Of a stretch of 64,000 nucleotides of DNA, positions 60,935-64,000 are shown piece by piece. Under the pieces are notes generated by a model that did no database searches, had not been told where the DNA came from, and saw only the letters and a list, made by a program, of their open reading frames with translations. A program made the translations under genes and the position numbers. The stretch lies in the NCBI GenBank assembly GCA_020722575.1, contig DYKN01000001.1, positions 130,795 through 194,794 on the forward strand. Reading direction: 5' to 3'. The stretch's first letter is position 1, and every line of letters begins with the position of its first letter. The stretch is from Rikenella microfusus. Lineage in GTDB: Bacteria > Bacteroidota > Bacteroidia > Bacteroidales > VadinHA17.

Positions 60935-63355
60935 ATGAAACCCATTGCTTCAAATTTGCATAAGCACCATCCTTTGGGCCAGGTTTATTTATGGATACCT
61001 GACGAGTCGGTTCCAGGAGGGGGCTCTATTAAAAAAGAAATTGTCCCTCTGGAATGGTTACTCCCCTCGTGTGGGGGAAAATTGAAATTGGAGAGCCCTT
61101 ATGCCGTAATTATTAACGCCGGTTTAATTAACCTGCCCGATGAGCATTTATCCTCATTTAAAACTGTTCCGTTAGGGAATGCAGTTCCCGATTCAGCAGG
61201 TAATTTTATTTTCGAACCATTTAACGGGGGAGGCAGAATGGATAAAGTTCCATTTGTTGATGACATGAGAAGGTTCAAAAATTTACAGGCCTCCAGATTT
61301 GGAGAGGTCAACACGTTTTTCCATATAAATAAAATAGCATTTTACATTAATAATCTTTTGAAAATCCTGGGAGAACGCTCTCTGCCTCGGGTGAAGGTGG
61401 TTATAAATGCCCATTCTGCTATTTATAATAAAGAGGGTGACAGAGATGGAGTAAAAGGGAAAATCAGTGGGAAATGGCTGCCTTTTCAGGGAGCCCATTA
61501 TCGCTTATCGGGTTATGGTTTAAAAGATATACCGGAATTGTCTCCTGTTTCATCTGCAGGGGAAATTCATCTGGGACCGGGATGGAAACTGACCGATGCC
61601 GGATTATTACCGGAAAGCGCCGGTTTCAGATACAGGTGCAATGCCTCGCACAATGCAGGAATTATTTATCATGAATATGGCCATCATATTAACAGGCATA
61701 CTGCCGACTTTATGGCCAACCGGTTGCTTGCCCCTCACCGACAAATTAACCGGAAATCAGATGCCGATGAAGGCATAAGTGATTACTGGGCAGCAACCAT
61801 GCTCAATAGCCCCCACATTTGGGCATGGCATCGAAAACATACCAAGAATGATTTTCATCATCGAAGCCTTGCCTCATTAAAGACCATGGCCGACTTTAAT
61901 AAAGAGGAAAATGCGGATCCACATCTAAACGGGACAATACTGGGAGCTACCTTGTGGGATATCCGAAAGGAGCTGTCGAAGCATGATGCTAAAGGGATCG
62001 AAAAAACGGATCTACTGGTACTGAAATCGCTGCTGTTAATTGGCCAGCTTCAGGATTCTGATTATCGTCCTTCCAGGTTAGGTACCTGCAAATGCAGGTC
62101 GGGGTTCAGTATTGTGCTTAAAGCTATGCTTGAGGCTGACCGGATTCTTTATCATGGCGATCATAAAGAAATCATTCATTATTGTTTTTCAAAAAGAGAA
62201 ATAAATCCCGAAATATCTCCCCCTTTTCCATCCTCTACGGGTTTCTGTGCAATATCAGAACATCCGTTTTTTCCTCCTAAACAGCGTATCCAAAAATCTA
62301 TTCAACATATTGTTAGAAAAGATACAAATTCTATCATCCCCGAAACGGATGAATTAATGAACCGGGAAGAATTGGAAGTCCGCCTAACTACTAATCAGAC
62401 AGGTCCTTTTTCACTAACTGCCGTGGGTGATATTATGCTTGGAGAAAGAATGAATCGCACCATCCGGAAATTTGGTCCCGAGTATCCATTCTACTGTGTT
62501 TATCCTATTTTCAGGAGATCAAATATAGTTTTAGGGAATCTCGAAGGCCCGTTTTCAAAAAACGCAGAAAAACAAAAAAGAAATTTTACCTATAAAATTG
62601 ATCCAAAAAATGCCAGAATTCTCCGACGTGCAGGTTTTAATATAGTGACACTTGCAAACAACCATTTACTTGATTGCGGTAGAGAGGGAGTGCTTGAAAC
62701 TTTGTCAGCTTTAAAAAAACATAACATACAATACATTGGAGCCGGGAAAAACGAAGAAGAAGCACATTCTCCTGCAATAATGCAGGCAGGAAAATATAAA
62801 ATTGGGCTTCTGGGGTATTACTGGAACCGACGTACAGCAGCAAGGGGTAATAAACCCGGAAGCGCCATGGATTCTGAGGAATATCTGGCCAACGACATCC
62901 GCTTATTACGCTCTCTGGTTGACAGGGTGGTTGTTACTGTACACTGGGGGGTTCCTTATGATCGATATCCATCAGAAGAGGACCAGAAGAAAGCTCATTT
63001 TGCCATCGATTGCGGTGCAGATATAATTATTGGCCACCACCCGCATATTGTTCAGCCTTTTGAAGTGTATAAAAACCGCCCTGTTTTTTACAGCATTGGT
63101 AATTTTGCTTTTGGCTCAGGCAACAGCAAGGCTGAAGGTGTTTTGCTTGGTATTGATTTTCAGGATGATTTTACCAGCATCACTATTTTCCCCGCTTATG
63201 TTAAAAACAGGGATAAACGAATAAATTATCAACCAAAAATATTAAGCGGCAATTCAGCACTGAGAAGTATAAAACACTTAAAAGAAATATCAGGCGCATC
63301 GGGGAATCTGATTAGTTTAAAAGATGATACAGGCAAGATAGTTATATCCCGTTAA
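60935..63355 (+). CDS. Fusion protein: gluzincin (M4/M36-like HExxH...E) domain plus CapA/PGA_cap metallophosphatase-fold domain
   Basis: In the N-half, IIYHEYGHHINRH is followed by DEGISDYWAATM. In the C-half, VGDIMLGERM, LGNLEGP, VTLANNHLLDCG, VVVTVHWG, GADIIIGHHPH and YSIGNFAFG are the CapA hallmarks. There is no signal peptide. Confidence 0.75.
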   Translation: MKPIASNLHKHHPLGQVYLWIPDESVPGGGSIKKEIVPLEWLLPSCGGKLKLESPYAVIINAGLINLPDEHLSSFKTVPLGNAVPDSAGNFIFEPFNGGGRMDKVPFVDDMRRFKNLQASRFGEVNTFFHINKIAFYINNLLKILGERSLPRVKVVINAHSAIYNKEGDRDGVKGKISGKWLPFQGAHYRLSGYGLKDIPELSPVSSAGEIHLGPGWKLTDAGLLPESAGFRYRCNASHNAGIIYHEYGHHINRHTADFMANRLLAPHRQINRKSDADEGISDYWAATMLNSPHIWAWHRKHTKNDFHHRSLASLKTMADFNKEENADPHLNGTILGATLWDIRKELSKHDAKGIEKTDLLVLKSLLLIGQLQDSDYRPSRLGTCKCRSGFSIVLKAMLEADRILYHGDHKEIIHYCFSKREINPEISPPFPSSTGFCAISEHPFFPPKQRIQKSIQHIVRKDTNSIIPETDELMNREELEVRLTTNQTGPFSLTAVGDIMLGERMNRTIRKFGPEYPFYCVYPIFRRSNIVLGNLEGPFSKNAEKQKRNFTYKIDPKNARILRRAGFNIVTLANNHLLDCGREGVLETLSALKKHNIQYIGAGKNEEEAHSPAIMQAGKYKIGLLGYYWNRRTAARGNKPGSAMDSEEYLANDIRLLRSLVDRVVVTVHWGVPYDRYPSEEDQKKAHFAIDCGADIIIGHHPHIVQPFEVYKNRPVFYSIGNFAFGSGNSKAEGVLLGIDFQDDFTSITIFPAYVKNRDKRINYQPKILSGNSALRSIKHLKEISGASGNLISLKDDTGKIVISR

Positions 63356-63488
63356 GAACTCACTATTTCAAATTACAGACCTATCAACGTACAGCCTCCA
63401 TTTGAGTTAACCTTACTTTAAAATTCCTTTAGATTCATAATTTACATTTGCTTAGTTTAATTAAATCAACAATTTAAAACTAAGTAAA

Positions 63489-63953
63489 ATGAAAAAATCA
63501 ATTTTAATTATGGCTGCTGCCTTATTAATCAGTCTTAACTTCTACGGCCAGGAAGTAAAAGATCTCCCTGCCAGTGTTAATACGGCATTCATACAAAAAT
63601 TCCCAAATGCCACAGGTGTAAAATGGGGTAAAGAAAATGCAAAAGAGTGGGAAGCTGAATTCAAAATGGGCGATAAAGATTATTCAGCAAATTTTGACAA
63701 TGCAGGCGGCTGGATGGAAACTGAATATAAAATCAGCGCTAAAGAAATTCCTGCCTCAGTCACTGCTTCCATCAGGAAAGAATTCGCAGGTTACAAAACT
63801 GACGAATCAGAAGTATCTGAGACTGAAAAGGGAAAAGTTTATGAATTTGTTCTCAGTAAGGGCAATGAAAAATTAGAAGTCGCGTTCAGCAATGATGGCA
63901 AGCTTTTAAGGAAAGAGTCGGTTAAGGAAGAAAACGAGGAAGAAGAAAAGTAA
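63489..63953 (+). CDS. PepSY-like (DUF2874-type) secreted protein
   Basis: Has a signal peptide and two repeats of the pattern LPASV...F..KFP.A...KW.KE / IPASVTASIRKEFAGYK. The tail is acidic. Confidence 0.65.
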   Translation: MKKSILIMAAALLISLNFYGQEVKDLPASVNTAFIQKFPNATGVKWGKENAKEWEAEFKMGDKDYSANFDNAGGWMETEYKISAKEIPASVTASIRKEFAGYKTDESEVSETEKGKVYEFVLSKGNEKLEVAFSNDGKLLRKESVKEENEEEEK

Positions 63954-64000
63954 TTATTGGGGTTTTCTTTCATTAAAGTGCCTGCCGGGTAATTTCCTGA

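Overview
This is an AT-rich 64-kb window that looks Bacteroidota-like. Support: candidate TTTG / TAnnTTTG promoters, many SC-lipobox lipoproteins, TonB-dependent receptors with CarboxypepD_reg-type N-termini, and a Fibrobacter-succinogenes-paralogous-domain protein. The gene content (FNR-type regulator, NifX-like proteins, ferredoxins) suggests an anaerobe.

I call about 55 intact CDS, one tRNA-Gln, several intrinsic terminators, and a set of IS and gene fragments.

Layout:
- (i) 1-22.5 kb is ordinary chromosome. It holds the 3' end of an RND pump, an M28 peptidase, GH16, a sulfatase, glnS with its cognate tRNA-Gln, folB, rnhA, ThuA, DUF5916 and DUF1080.
- (ii) 22.5-48.5 kb looks like an accessory island. 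IS4/IS21 debris lies at its left edge, and a second copy of the same ~160-bp IS21-type end lies at its right edge. It carries an FNR-type regulator, a long thiol-redox/Fe-S array, two signal-peptide-bearing TrmO/TsaA-like paralogues bracketing a tandem TonB-receptor block, a Zn-ribbon-ferredoxin / NifX-like / HD operon with a matching DUF5320 gene, an ArsR-rhodanese-TauE-porin sulfur module, and many gene fragments.
- (iii) 48.6-57 kb holds a two-component system, a TolC/MFP/RND pump and a PagL-like acyloxyacyl hydrolase.
- (iv) 57-63.4 kb holds an uncharacterised cluster: a P-loop protein, an ABC exporter, a DUF2490-like barrel and a gluzincin::CapA fusion.

The best candidates for undescribed biology are the NifX/RG-repeat/DUF5320/ferredoxin/HD module with its shared palindromic operator, the P-loop-ABC-CapA-fusion cluster, and the secreted TrmO-like paralogues.

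All family assignments come from motif recognition by eye. No database search was run. Percent identities are rough visual estimates.
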